A DNA stretch of 10,653 nt from Trueperaceae bacterium (GCA_035703635.1 DASSXV010000050.1:1-10653), one strand, 5' to 3'; shown: positions 1 to 8,181, counted from the first letter of the stretch. The notes: generated from the letters alone by a model not told the origin. Program-made: numbers and translations.

Positions 1-1
1 G

Positions 2-64
2 GAGAACATCGTCTTCCGCAAACCCCGCAAAGTAGCGCCGGTTGGCGCGGAGTCGCTGGCCTGA
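2..64 (+). CDS. 3' end of an unidentified upstream gene (partial), ...ENIVFRKPRKVAPVGAESLA*
   Basis: Frame 2 is open from the window edge to TGA 62-64 with mostly G/C-ending codons (gag aac atc gtc ttc cgc), unlike frame 1 over the same bases. Too short to assign a product. Confidence 0.6.
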   Translation, partial: ENIVFRKPRKVAPVGAESLA

Positions 65-1113
65 ACGCTCTCAGACGCCAAGCGCCACGGCCGCTGTCTG
101 TGGCGCCCATGCTCGACCTCACCGACCGTCACATCCGCTACCTGCTGCGTGGCATAACGCGCAGCACGCTCCTCTATAGCGAGATGGTGACGGCCAACGC
201 CGCCGTTCACGGTGACCGCGAGCGTCTGCTGGCGTTCAGCCCCGTCGAGAGTCCGGTGGTGCTGCAGCTCGGCGGCGACGACCCGGACCTGCTGGCGCGC
301 GCCGCCCTCATCGGGGTGGAGCACGGTTACGCCGAGATCAACCTCAACGTAGGTTGCCCATCCAACCGCGTCACGAGCGGCAACTTCGGCGCCTGTCTGA
401 TGAAGGACCCGGTGAGAGTCGCTGCGTCGGTCGCGGCGATGCGTGACGCCGTCGACGTGCCCGTCACCGTCAAGCACCGCCTCGGGGTTGACGAGCAGGA
501 ATCCTTCGAGGAGATGCTCGCCTTCGTCGACACGGTTACAGGGGCCGGAGCCGACGCTTTCATCGTGCACGCGCGCAAGGCGTGGTTGAAGGGCCTCAGC
601 CCTAAGGAGAACCGCACCATCCCTCCGCTGCGTTACGACTTCGTCTACCGCCTCAAGGAGGAACGGCCAGAACTCGTCGTCGAACTCAACGGCGGAGTGC
701 CGGACCTGACAAGCGCGAGGGAGCACCTTGCGCTTGTCGACGGCGTCATGCTTGGCCGCGCTGTCTACGAGAACCCGTTCGTGCTGGTCGGTGCCGATGA
801 CCTGATCTCGCAGGCAGGTGACGGCGAGGCGGCGCCCCCCCTCGCGCGCACGCGCAGGGCAGTGGTCGAGGGCATGTACGACTACACGGAAGAGCGTTTG
901 AGGGCGGGCGCGCCCCTTAACGCCATCAGCCGCCACCTGCTCAGCTTGTTCCACGGTCGGCCCGGCGGTAAGGCGTGGCGCCGCGTCATCTCGGAGCGCG
1001 CCAACAAGAAGGGTGCTGGCGTCGAAGTACTGGTTGCGGCGCTCGACGCGTTACCGCCTGGCGTGGCGGATGAGCCGCTCAGGCCAACTGCCGCAAGTAC
1101 TCCCGCGCGATGA
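61..1113 (+). CDS. dusA: tRNA-dihydrouridine(20/20a) synthase DusA
   Basis: Motifs LSVAPMLDLTDRH, YSEM, LQLGG, INLNVGCPS (catalytic Cys), VTVKHRLG, IVHARKAWLKGLSPKENR and GVMLGR. The start is uncertain: GTG 100 in the ORF track cuts the conserved LSVAPM strand, so CTG 61 with GGAG at 49-52 is proposed. Confidence 0.95.
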   Translation: MNALRRQAPRPLSVAPMLDLTDRHIRYLLRGITRSTLLYSEMVTANAAVHGDRERLLAFSPVESPVVLQLGGDDPDLLARAALIGVEHGYAEINLNVGCPSNRVTSGNFGACLMKDPVRVAASVAAMRDAVDVPVTVKHRLGVDEQESFEEMLAFVDTVTGAGADAFIVHARKAWLKGLSPKENRTIPPLRYDFVYRLKEERPELVVELNGGVPDLTSAREHLALVDGVMLGRAVYENPFVLVGADDLISQAGDGEAAPPLARTRRAVVEGMYDYTEERLRAGAPLNAISRHLLSLFHGRPGGKAWRRVISERANKKGAGVEVLVAALDALPPGVADEPLRPTAASTPAR

Positions 1114-2266
1114 TCAAGTGCTGGATCTCGTCTGTGCCCTCACCGATGCGTGTGAGGCGCGCGTCGCGCCAGAAGCGCTCGACCTCGAAGTCCCTCAAGT
1201 AGCCGTAGCCGCCTAGGATCTGGATGGCGGCGTCGCACGCTGCCACCCCAGCCACGCTGCCCTTGAGCTTGGCCATGGCGGCGGCCATGGTGTAGTCGCG
1301 GCCGGCGTCGCGCAACGCGGCCGCCTTGCGTACGAGCAACCTGGCGGCCTCCAACTCGGTGGCCATCTCGGCGAGCTTGAACGCCACCGCCTGGTGGCGT
1401 GAGAGTGACTGACCGAACTGGCGCCGCTCCTGGGCGTACGTGGCGGCACGCTCCAACGCGGCGCGGCCAAGGCCGATGGCCATGGCGCCGATGCCGATGC
1501 GGCCACCCGACAGCACCTTCGTCACGTCGGCGAACGCTTCGCCTACTTCGCCGAGCAGCGCATCCGCCTCGACGCGCGCGCCCTCAAAACTGAGGGGTGT
1601 GGTGTCGGAGCTGTGCAGGCCAAGCTTCTTCTCCGGCAAGCCGCGTACGAGGCCGGGAGTGGCGCCGCTCATGACGAAGGCGCTGATCCCATGCGACCGC
1701 GGCCCGCCAGCCGCAGGCTCGGAAGTGCGGGCCATGACCACGTAAGTGCCACCGACCGTGCCTTGGGTGATGAACTGCTTGCTGCCGTCGAGAACGAAGC
1801 CGCCGCTTGTCGGAGTAGCGCGCGTCGTGAGGGACGCGGCGTCCGAGCCTGCCGCGGGCTCCGTCAGTGCCCATGCGCCCAGCTGCTCGCCGGACGCCAG
1901 GGGCGGCAGCCAGCGTTGACGCTGCTCTTCATTGGCCGCCACCAGAAGGTGCCCAACGCACAAGGAGTTGTGCGACGCGACCGTCAACGCGAGCGACCCG
2001 TCCACCGCCGCGACCTCCTCGATAAGGAGCGCCGTGGTCGTGGAATCCAGTTCGGCGCCGCCGTAGCGTTCTGGCACCTGCAGACCGAACAGGCCCATCA
2101 GCGCTAGCTGCGCCACTATCTCGTGAGGGAACTCTCCACTGGCATCACGAGCGACCGCGCCTGGCGCTACCGCGCTGGCTAAGTAGTCGCGCAGGGGAGC
2201 GAGTAGCGCCCTTTGGTCGCTCGTGAGGTCGAACCAGGCCGGTGCTGCCGACTGCTCTTGAGGCAT
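1079..2266 (-). CDS. Acyl-CoA dehydrogenase (FAD-dependent, substrate undetermined)
   Basis: Motifs VPERYGG, GAWALTEPAAGSD, LDGSKQFITQG, KKLGL, RRQFG and QILGGYGYLRDFEVERFWRDARLTRIGEGTDEIQ. Start moved to ATG 2266 (MPQEQ..., 395 aa) because a TACGTT -10 box lies 6 nt upstream. The 3' end overlaps dusA by 35 nt. Confidence 0.95.
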   Translation of the reverse strand: MPQEQSAAPAWFDLTSDQRALLAPLRDYLASAVAPGAVARDASGEFPHEIVAQLALMGLFGLQVPERYGGAELDSTTTALLIEEVAAVDGSLALTVASHNSLCVGHLLVAANEEQRQRWLPPLASGEQLGAWALTEPAAGSDAASLTTRATPTSGGFVLDGSKQFITQGTVGGTYVVMARTSEPAAGGPRSHGISAFVMSGATPGLVRGLPEKKLGLHSSDTTPLSFEGARVEADALLGEVGEAFADVTKVLSGGRIGIGAMAIGLGRAALERAATYAQERRQFGQSLSRHQAVAFKLAEMATELEAARLLVRKAAALRDAGRDYTMAAAMAKLKGSVAGVAACDAAIQILGGYGYLRDFEVERFWRDARLTRIGEGTDEIQHLIIAREYLRQLA

Positions 2267-2272
2267 GACCCC

Positions 2273-2278
2273 AACGTA
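2273..2278 (-). promoter_or_regulatory. Putative -10 box (TACGTT) for a leaderless acyl-CoA dehydrogenase mRNA
   Basis: Minus strand reads aa-TACGTT-ggggtc-ATG: a TANNNT box 6 nt before the ATG, with no strong SD. Confidence 0.6.
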
Positions 2279-2318
2279 TTCCGTCGCCACCCCGCACTCG
2301 GTGCGTGGCTCACTCGCC

Positions 2319-2327
2319 TGGTACACT
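2319..2327 (+). promoter_or_regulatory. Putative extended -10 box (TGg-TACACT) for a leaderless aroH mRNA
   Basis: TG-g-TACACT-cggcgcc-ATG(2335): 7-nt spacing and no SD. Confidence 0.7.
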
Positions 2328-2334
2328 CGGCGCC

Positions 2335-2718
2335 ATGGATTCCCAGAACTGGGTGCGAGGCGTCCGCGGCGCCACTACCGTCGCAAACGATGAACCGGGG
2401 CTCATCTTGGACGCCACGCGCGAACTGCTCGAGGAGATGCTGGAGCAGAACGACATTACCGACTTCGGAGTCATCTCGTCGGTCTTCTTCACGACGACGC
2501 CTGACCTGACGTCAACCTTCCCGGCCGAAGGCGCACGGGCCATCGGCATGACGACGGTGCCCCTACTCTGCTTTCAGGAGATACCGGTACCAGACAGACT
2601 GCCGCGCTGCGTGCGGGTGATGATGCTCGTCCACACGCCAAAGGGCCCGGAGGGCATGCGTCACGTTTACCTCCGCGAGGCCAAGAGCTTGCGGCCCGAC
2701 CTGGCCAGCGCCCAGTAA
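2335..2718 (+). CDS. aroH: Chorismate mutase, AroH class
   Basis: Motifs VRGVRGATTV, SVFFTTTPDL..TFPA, VPLLCFQEIPV, LPRCVRVM and HVYLREAKSLRPDL. 127 aa from ATG 2335. Confidence 0.96.
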   Translation: MDSQNWVRGVRGATTVANDEPGLILDATRELLEEMLEQNDITDFGVISSVFFTTTPDLTSTFPAEGARAIGMTTVPLLCFQEIPVPDRLPRCVRVMMLVHTPKGPEGMRHVYLREAKSLRPDLASAQ

Positions 2719-2743
2719 CGCCTACCGTCAGCCGGGACGCAGT

Positions 2744-3784
2744 TCAGCCACTCGGTATGAGGAGCTTCTCCAACTCAGCGAGGATCTCGCGAACTGCACC
2801 TGGGTCCAGGCGGTAGTACGAGCGGTTCCCGCGCCTCACTACCTGCACTAACTGCAGCTCACGCAGCAGCCGCAGGTGGCCGCTCGCGGTCGGTTGGCTG
2901 ACGTTGAGTTGCCGTGCCAAGTCGCCTACCGTCAGCGGAAAGCGCGCCAAGCGCGCGACCTGGAACAGGAGTAACAGCCTGGTTGGGTCGGAGAACGCCT
3001 TGAGTCGACTGGCGAGGCGCGTCACGTCGTCCTTCTGCTCGCGGTAGAAGTCCTCCGAGCGCACTCCGTAACCGAGGCACAGGCGCTGGCGCACCACGAA
3101 CTTGAAGCCGCCGCGAGTGGCGAAGTAGAGCGGCACCACGAGAGTGGGCCCTTGGCGTTGGTGCGAGCGGATGTCGGCGCGGCTGTCCTCGAAGTTGACG
3201 AAGTGGTGAGCAGGCAACGCGGCGACGAGGTCGCTCGTTGGCCCGAGCGCACTGACGAGGCGCTGACTGGCGGTGCTGGTCACCTCTGCGCCGTTGACTT
3301 CCCACGCCACCTGCAGGTAGCCCCAGAGTTGGGTGAGGTTCGCTGCCAGCTCGGCGGTGCGCGGTGCGTCGAGCGCCTCGAACGCCGCCCTCAGGCGCTC
3401 GAGCGGACTGCTGGCATCGTCGCCGAGGTCCTCATAACGCGAGACGTCGAACACGGCCTCGAACTCGGCCAACAGCCGCGCGGGCAGACCAGGCAGCTCA
3501 GCTAGGAAGCGGTCAGGGGTGTCGTCGGCGTCGTAACCGAAGGCGCAAGCGAGCAGCAGCGCCTCATAGCCGGGGAGGTTCTTGGCCGCGGTCGCCGCGT
3601 CTAGTACCCACTGCGGCGGGTGCTCGAGCAGCTCGCGCTGCCAAGGGAGCGGCGCCAGCGGCCGGCCGTGCCGGAGGACGTGATAGTAGGCGTAGCACAG
3701 CTCGATGACGACGGACGGCCGCACCTCGAGGCGCGGCAGGTCAAGCGGCTGCAGCCCTGACGCCGGCCGCAGTTCGGCTTCCAC
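2744..3784 (-). CDS. Large ArsR/SmtB-type winged-HTH transcriptional regulator (C-terminal HTH, ~255-aa uncharacterised N-terminal domain)
   Basis: The C-terminal segment LKAFSDPTRLLLL...LTVGDLARQLNVSQPTASGHLRLLRELQLVQVVRRGNRSYYRL is a typical ArsR HTH. The GTG start overlaps the upstream gene's TAG by 1 nt. Confidence 0.88.
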   Translation of the reverse strand: MEAELRPASGLQPLDLPRLEVRPSVVIELCYAYYHVLRHGRPLAPLPWQRELLEHPPQWVLDAATAAKNLPGYEALLLACAFGYDADDTPDRFLAELPGLPARLLAEFEAVFDVSRYEDLGDDASSPLERLRAAFEALDAPRTAELAANLTQLWGYLQVAWEVNGAEVTSTASQRLVSALGPTSDLVAALPAHHFVNFEDSRADIRSHQRQGPTLVVPLYFATRGGFKFVVRQRLCLGYGVRSEDFYREQKDDVTRLASRLKAFSDPTRLLLLFQVARLARFPLTVGDLARQLNVSQPTASGHLRLLRELQLVQVVRRGNRSYYRLDPGAVREILAELEKLLIPSG

Positions 3785-4065
3785 TACGCCCAGTCGCGAA
3801 CGTTCAGGAGCTCGCCGCCGTCCACGGTGGCTAGGGTGACCTTATGGCTGCGCGTCATGCTCACTTCCAGCGTGGCATGGTCCAGCGTCTGCGGTCCAAC
3901 TAGCGACTTGCGCACGAAGTACGAGTTGCCTTGCAGGCTCATCTCGCTCGTCTTCGAGAGGCGCACGCGGATGACCTCGCCGTTACGGTCAGTGCGCACC
4001 TGGCAGTGAAGGGCGTTCGCGTCCTCGCGAAAGCGCGGGTCTTGCCGCCTGAACATTCCAAACAT
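3784..4065 (-). CDS. Small hypothetical protein, 93 aa, predicted beta-rich
   Basis: Fills the gap exactly, has an ATG preceded by a TAGAAT -10 box, and its stop is coupled to the ArsR start. Alternating hydrophobic pattern (VIRVRL, YFVRK, TLEVSM). Confidence 0.8.
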   Translation of the reverse strand: MFGMFRRQDPRFREDANALHCQVRTDRNGEVIRVRLSKTSEMSLQGNSYFVRKSLVGPQTLDHATLEVSMTRSHKVTLATVDGGELLNVRDWA

Positions 4066-4083
4066 GAGGCTATTCTAGCCGCC
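4066..4083. promoter_or_regulatory. Bidirectional promoter with overlapping -10 boxes (plus TATTCT 4071-4076, minus TAGAAT 4077-4072) for two leaderless divergent genes
   Basis: CAT-gaggc-TATTCTA-gccgcc-ATG: only 18 nt separate the divergent ATGs, and each ATG is 6-7 nt from its TANNNT box. Confidence 0.72.
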
Positions 4084-5394
4084 ATGGGCTCGAACGAAGC
4101 AGCGCTCCTTGCCGAGGCACTGCGCGCGGCGCTCAGCGCCGCCGATCCGGTTGCTGTGACGAAGAAGCACCTACCGTCCCCGCCGGCCGGGAGACTGATC
4201 GTGGTTGGGGCGGGGAAGGCCGCCTCTGCCATGGCGGCGGCGGCCAGCGCCGGGTACCAGGATGTCGAACGCTTCGGGGGCGCCGTGATCACGCGCCACG
4301 GTCAGGCGCTAGCAGCGCCGCGCGTTCAAGTGCTCGAGGGCGCTCACCCCGTTCCGGACGCAGCAAGCGTGGCCGGCACGCGCACGCTGCTCGGGCTCGT
4401 GGACGGGGCGGGACCAGACGACCTCGTTCTCTGCCTCCTCTCCGGTGGAGGTTCTGCGCTCGCGTGCGCACCAGCAGGGGTGAGCTTGGCGGAGAAGGCG
4501 GCCGTTACTCGGGCCTTGCTGGCGGCGGGAGCCGACATCCACGAGTTGAACGTCGTGCGTAAGCACCTATCTGGTGTCAAGGGAGGCTGGTTGGCTGCTC
4601 GATCGGCGGCTCCCGTCGTCACCCTCGCGGTTTCCGACGTGGTCGGTGACGATCAAGGGACCATCGCCTCCGGGCCAACGGTAGCGGACCCGAGCACGTA
4701 CGCCGAGGCGCTCGCCCTCCTCGACGCGTACGTTCCAGGCGCTGGCGCGGCGCGCCGGGCACTTGAGGCGGGGGTTAGGGGAGAGCGGCCGGAGACGCCC
4801 AAACCGGGTGACGAGCGCCTAGCGCGTTCCCATTACGAGATCGTGGCGTCCGGCGCCACCTCGGTGCGAGCGGCAGCAGACCACCTGCGGGCGGCTGGCG
4901 TTGAGGTGATCGCCTGCCACGCGGAGTCGACTGGCGACTCGACCGCAGTGGCGCTTCGCCAGGCGGCCGAGGTGCGCGCCATTCTCTCTAGCGCCAGCCG
5001 TGACCGGCCGCTTGCCGTCGTTTACGGCGGGGAGACGACCGTCAAGCGCCACGGCGCGCAACTGACGTACGGCACTCCGCAAGACGAGGCCGTCGATCGA
5101 GCCCGCGGCGGTCCGAACGGCGAGTGGGCGCTGGCTTTCCGCACCGCCTTGGCTGACGTGCCTGGCATGTGGCTGCTGGCGGCGGACACGGACGGCATCG
5201 ACGGCAACTCCACGGCCGCCGGAGCGCTCATCGGACCCGAGCAGGCGGCGCGCCTAACTCGCATTCAAGTAGCCGACTACCTCAGAAGGCACGATTCTCA
5301 CACCTTGCTCGAGCGCGTCGGCGGGCTGTTGGTGACGGGGCCGACACACACGAACGTCAACGCCTTGCGCGTCGCGCTCTTCGCTGCGGTATGA
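4084..5394 (+). CDS. Glycerate 2-kinase / TtuD-like protein, MOFRL family (class II)
   Basis: Motifs VVGAGKAA, AHPVPD, LLSGGGSAL, LNVVRKHLSGVKGG, SDVVGDD..TIASGPT, GGETTV, DTDGIDG and TGPTHTNVN. Start moved to ATG 4084 (436 aa) because the longer ORF overlaps the divergent gene. Confidence 0.92.
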   Translation: MGSNEAALLAEALRAALSAADPVAVTKKHLPSPPAGRLIVVGAGKAASAMAAAASAGYQDVERFGGAVITRHGQALAAPRVQVLEGAHPVPDAASVAGTRTLLGLVDGAGPDDLVLCLLSGGGSALACAPAGVSLAEKAAVTRALLAAGADIHELNVVRKHLSGVKGGWLAARSAAPVVTLAVSDVVGDDQGTIASGPTVADPSTYAEALALLDAYVPGAGAARRALEAGVRGERPETPKPGDERLARSHYEIVASGATSVRAAADHLRAAGVEVIACHAESTGDSTAVALRQAAEVRAILSSASRDRPLAVVYGGETTVKRHGAQLTYGTPQDEAVDRARGGPNGEWALAFRTALADVPGMWLLAADTDGIDGNSTAAGALIGPEQAARLTRIQVADYLRRHDSHTLLERVGGLLVTGPTHTNVNALRVALFAAV

Positions 5395-5440
5395 GGCGCT
5401 GACGTGCTGCGCGCTGCGCTGGCTGTTGCCGGGCGGCGGG

Positions 5441-5446
5441 TATGCT
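5441..5446 (+). promoter_or_regulatory. Putative -10 box (TATGCT) upstream of sua5-purE-purK
   Basis: ggg-TATGCT-catcgccg-ATG(5455): 8-nt spacing and no SD, consistent with a leaderless or near-leaderless start. Confidence 0.55.
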
Positions 5447-5454
5447 CATCGCCG

Positions 5455-6438
5455 ATGCGACTGCTGGCGCCAACCCCTGAGAACCTTGCGCTTGCGGCAG
5501 AGCGCCTGCGAGCCGGCGGCCTCGTCGGCCTGCCAACCGAGACGGTCTACGGCCTGGCTGCCAACGCGCTCGACGAGGCAGCGATATCTCGAGTGTTCGC
5601 CCTGAAGGGTCGCCCTAAGGATCACCCGCTGATCGTGCACTTGGCCTCTGCCGGGCAGTTGAGCCAGTGGTCGGCAGCGGTGGACGAGCGCGCCGTGCGC
5701 CTCGCAGAGGCCCTGTGGCCCGGGCCCCTGACGATAGTGCTCAGGAAGGCGCGAGCAGTACCAGACGCAGTCACGGGAGGGCAACCAACCGTGGCGCTAC
5801 GCGTGCCCGCTCACCCAGTCGCCCGGGCCGTACTCGAGCTCTTCGGCGGCGGCCTAGCGGCGCCATCGGCTAATCGGTTCGGACGCGTAAGCCCCACCAC
5901 GGCCGCGCATGTAGCCAGCGAGTTCCCTGACGCCGACCTCATGGTGCTGGACGGCGGGGCGTCGGTCGTTGGGTTGGAGTCCACCATCATCGACCTGAGC
6001 GGTTCGACTCCACGGGTCTTGCGGCCCGGTGATGTGGCTCGCGACCAGCTGGAGGAGGTCCTCGGCGAGGCCGTAGCCATCGGCCACGGCGCCGCGGCTC
6101 CGCGAGTGCCAGGCAGCCTCCCCAGCCACTACGCCCCCGGCGCGCCGACGTTCCTGGTGGCGATCAACGAGTTGCTAACTACTGTGGACGAGAAGTCAGC
6201 GGTACTAGCGCTGCGCCCGGCCCCGGCTGGCTTCGCGGGAGCGTGGGTGCAGTTGCCCGCCGATCCACGGGGTTATGGAGCCGGGCTCTACACCGCGCTG
6301 CGGCAACTGGACGCTGAAAGCCCGGCGCGCCTCGTGATCGAGCGCGTGCCAGACGACGCCAACTGGCTGGCTGTGCGCGACAGGCTCGAACGCGCGAGCG
6401 CGCCGAGGCCAGACGCCGTCGCTCGGAGGAGCGCATGA
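5455..6438 (+). CDS. sua5: L-threonylcarbamoyladenylate synthase, long Sua5/TsaC2 type (YrdC plus SUA5 domain)
   Basis: Motifs [43 protein letters not shown] and LRPG, the linker [10 protein letters not shown], and C-terminal LYTALRQLD...AVRDRLERA. 327 aa from ATG 5455. Confidence 0.95.
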   Translation: MRLLAPTPENLALAAERLRAGGLVGLPTETVYGLAANALDEAAISRVFALKGRPKDHPLIVHLASAGQLSQWSAAVDERAVRLAEALWPGPLTIVLRKARAVPDAVTGGQPTVALRVPAHPVARAVLELFGGGLAAPSANRFGRVSPTTAAHVASEFPDADLMVLDGGASVVGLESTIIDLSGSTPRVLRPGDVARDQLEEVLGEAVAIGHGAAAPRVPGSLPSHYAPGAPTFLVAINELLTTVDEKSAVLALRPAPAGFAGAWVQLPADPRGYGAGLYTALRQLDAESPARLVIERVPDDANWLAVRDRLERASAPRPDAVARRSA

Positions 6439-6998
6439 CCGAACAGAACAAGACCGACGAGCACGCGACTTCGAAGGGCACGGCGCCGGGCACGGCCCCG
6501 TTGGTGGCCGTCGTCATGGGCTCCACCAGCGACTGGGAGACCATGCGCCACGCTTCCGAGGTGCTCGAGCGCCTCGAGGTGCCGCACACCTGCCAGGTCG
6601 TATCGGCGCACCGCACCCCTGAGCGCCTGGCTGAGTTCGGCAAGTCGGCGGCCGGGCGCGGCATCCAAGTGATCGTCGCTGGCGCCGGTGGCGCAGCCCA
6701 CCTCCCGGGAATGATCGCGGCGAACACGCACCTGCCGGTGTTCGGAGTGCCCGTCATGAGCGAGGCGTTACGCGGGGTCGACTCGCTCCTCTCGATCGTC
6801 CAGATGCCGCGCGGCGTGCCCGTTGGGACTTTGGCCATCGGCGCGCCAGGTGCGTTGAACGCCGGCTTGTTGGCTGCGAGCGTGCTCTCCCTGACGCGGC
6901 CGGAGTTGCGGTGGCGCCTGATAGCGTTCCGTGACGAACAGACCGATGCGGCCAGCAAGAGCACGCTGCCAACCCCGCACTTCGTCCCCGAGCCGTGA
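6435..6998 (+). CDS. purE: N5-carboxyaminoimidazole ribonucleotide mutase
   Basis: Motifs [30 protein letters not shown] and [25 protein letters not shown] at 6425-6430 and an ATGA overlap with sua5. Confidence 0.98.
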   Translation: MTEQNKTDEHATSKGTAPGTAPLVAVVMGSTSDWETMRHASEVLERLEVPHTCQVVSAHRTPERLAEFGKSAAGRGIQVIVAGAGGAAHLPGMIAANTHLPVFGVPVMSEALRGVDSLLSIVQMPRGVPVGTLAIGAPGALNAGLLAASVLSLTRPELRWRLIAFRDEQTDAASKSTLPTPHFVPEP

Positions 6999-8173
6999 CG
7001 CAGCCGGCACCCGTGCTCCCAGGTTCGACGATTGGCGTGCTTGGCGGGGGTCAGCTAGGCCGGATGCTCGCGCTGTCGGCTCGCCGTGCTGGCTACCGCG
7101 TTCACGTTCTAAGCGACGTCGCCGGTTCGTCTGGCGCCCAGGTGGCCGACCATACGGTCGTGGCGCGCTACGACGACGCGGCTGCTGTCGCGGCGTTCGC
7201 TGCGCAAGTAGACGTGGTGACGCTCGAGTTCGAGAACATCTCGAGCCCCGCCCTCGCGGCCGCTGCGCATAACGCGCCGGTCAGACCTGGGGTGTTGGCG
7301 CTGCACGTCAGCCAGAACCGCCAACGGGAGAAGGAGTTCCTCAAGGCGAACGGTTTCCAGCACGCCCCGTTCGTCACACTGCGGGGCCCGGCTGACGAAC
7401 GAGCGGTGGCCATGCCAGCATTCCCGTTCGTCGCGAAGTCGGCCGGCTTCGGTTACGACGGCAAGGGCCAGGTAGTCGCGCGTGGGCCGGAGGATCTGGC
7501 GCGCGTGGCGGCTCTGTTGGAGAGCGGCCCCGTCGTCGTCGAGGAGTTCGTCGAGCTGGCGGCCGAACTATCGGTCGTCGGGGCACGGTCGCTCGCTGGC
7601 GCGGTCGCCCTCTACCAGCCGCTCCTCAACCGCCACGTAGGGGGCATTCTCGACACGACCGTCCTCAGTGCCGCGCCGAACGAGCCGCCCATGGAGGGGC
7701 TCGCCTGGCCGCGCCTAACTGCGGAGGCCCTTGCAGCCACCGCCGAGCTGCTCGAGCTGCTCGAGGTCGTCGGTGTGGCGTGTGTCGAGTTCTTCGTGAC
7801 AACGGCGGGCGCGCTGCTGGTGAACGAGATCGCGCCGCGCCCTCACAACTCGGGGCACCTGACCATCGAGGCGTGCCTCACGAGTCAGTTCGAGCAACAG
7901 TGGCGCGCCGTGTGTGGGCTGCCGCTCGGTAGCACCCGGGCTCATTCGAGCGCCGCCATGACCAACTTGCTCGGTGAGATGTGGCTCGGTGGAGAACCGC
8001 GCTGGGAAAAGGCGCTGGCGAGGCCTGGGGCGAGCCTGCACCTCTACGGCAAGCAGGGGCCGCGGCCGGGACGCAAGATGGGCCACGTAACGGCCGTTGG
8101 CCCGACCGCCGCCGCCGCCGAGCGGACCGCGCTGGCGGCAAGGGCCGACCTTGATGACTCGGATGCCGTGTAA
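6995..8173 (+). CDS. purK: N5-carboxyaminoimidazole ribonucleotide synthase (ATP-grasp)
   Basis: Motifs [45 protein letters not shown] and LHLYGK...[14 protein letters not shown] overlap with purE. Confidence 0.98.
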   Translation: MTQPAPVLPGSTIGVLGGGQLGRMLALSARRAGYRVHVLSDVAGSSGAQVADHTVVARYDDAAAVAAFAAQVDVVTLEFENISSPALAAAAHNAPVRPGVLALHVSQNRQREKEFLKANGFQHAPFVTLRGPADERAVAMPAFPFVAKSAGFGYDGKGQVVARGPEDLARVAALLESGPVVVEEFVELAAELSVVGARSLAGAVALYQPLLNRHVGGILDTTVLSAAPNEPPMEGLAWPRLTAEALAATAELLELLEVVGVACVEFFVTTAGALLVNEIAPRPHNSGHLTIEACLTSQFEQQWRAVCGLPLGSTRAHSSAAMTNLLGEMWLGGEPRWEKALARPGASLHLYGKQGPRPGRKMGHVTAVGPTAAAAERTALAARADLDDSDAV

Positions 8174-8181
8174 CACGGCGG

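Noticed and set aside
2..64. Assigning the upstream fragment to a family (for example a Clp ATPase C-terminus)
   Set aside because: Twenty residues are not enough for a supported call.
2267..2334. Overlapping 5' extensions of the acyl-CoA dehydrogenase (to 2326) and aroH (from 2305) ORFs
   Set aside because: They would overlap head-to-head across the promoter region, and better ATG starts exist at 2266 and 2335.
3931..4083. N-terminal extension of the glycerate kinase ORF
   Set aside because: Overlaps the divergent 93-aa gene. Family similarity and the -10 box point to ATG 4084.
6179..6964. 261-aa minus-strand ORF and other short Arg/Ala/Pro-rich alternative ORFs
   Set aside because: Antisense or off-frame to well-supported genes, with composition typical of GC-rich non-coding frames.
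7745..7765. GAGCTGCTC tandem repeat, and the GCC run near 8106-8119
   Set aside because: In-frame coding repeats within purK (ELLELLE and an Ala run). Not a CRISPR array or a contingency locus.
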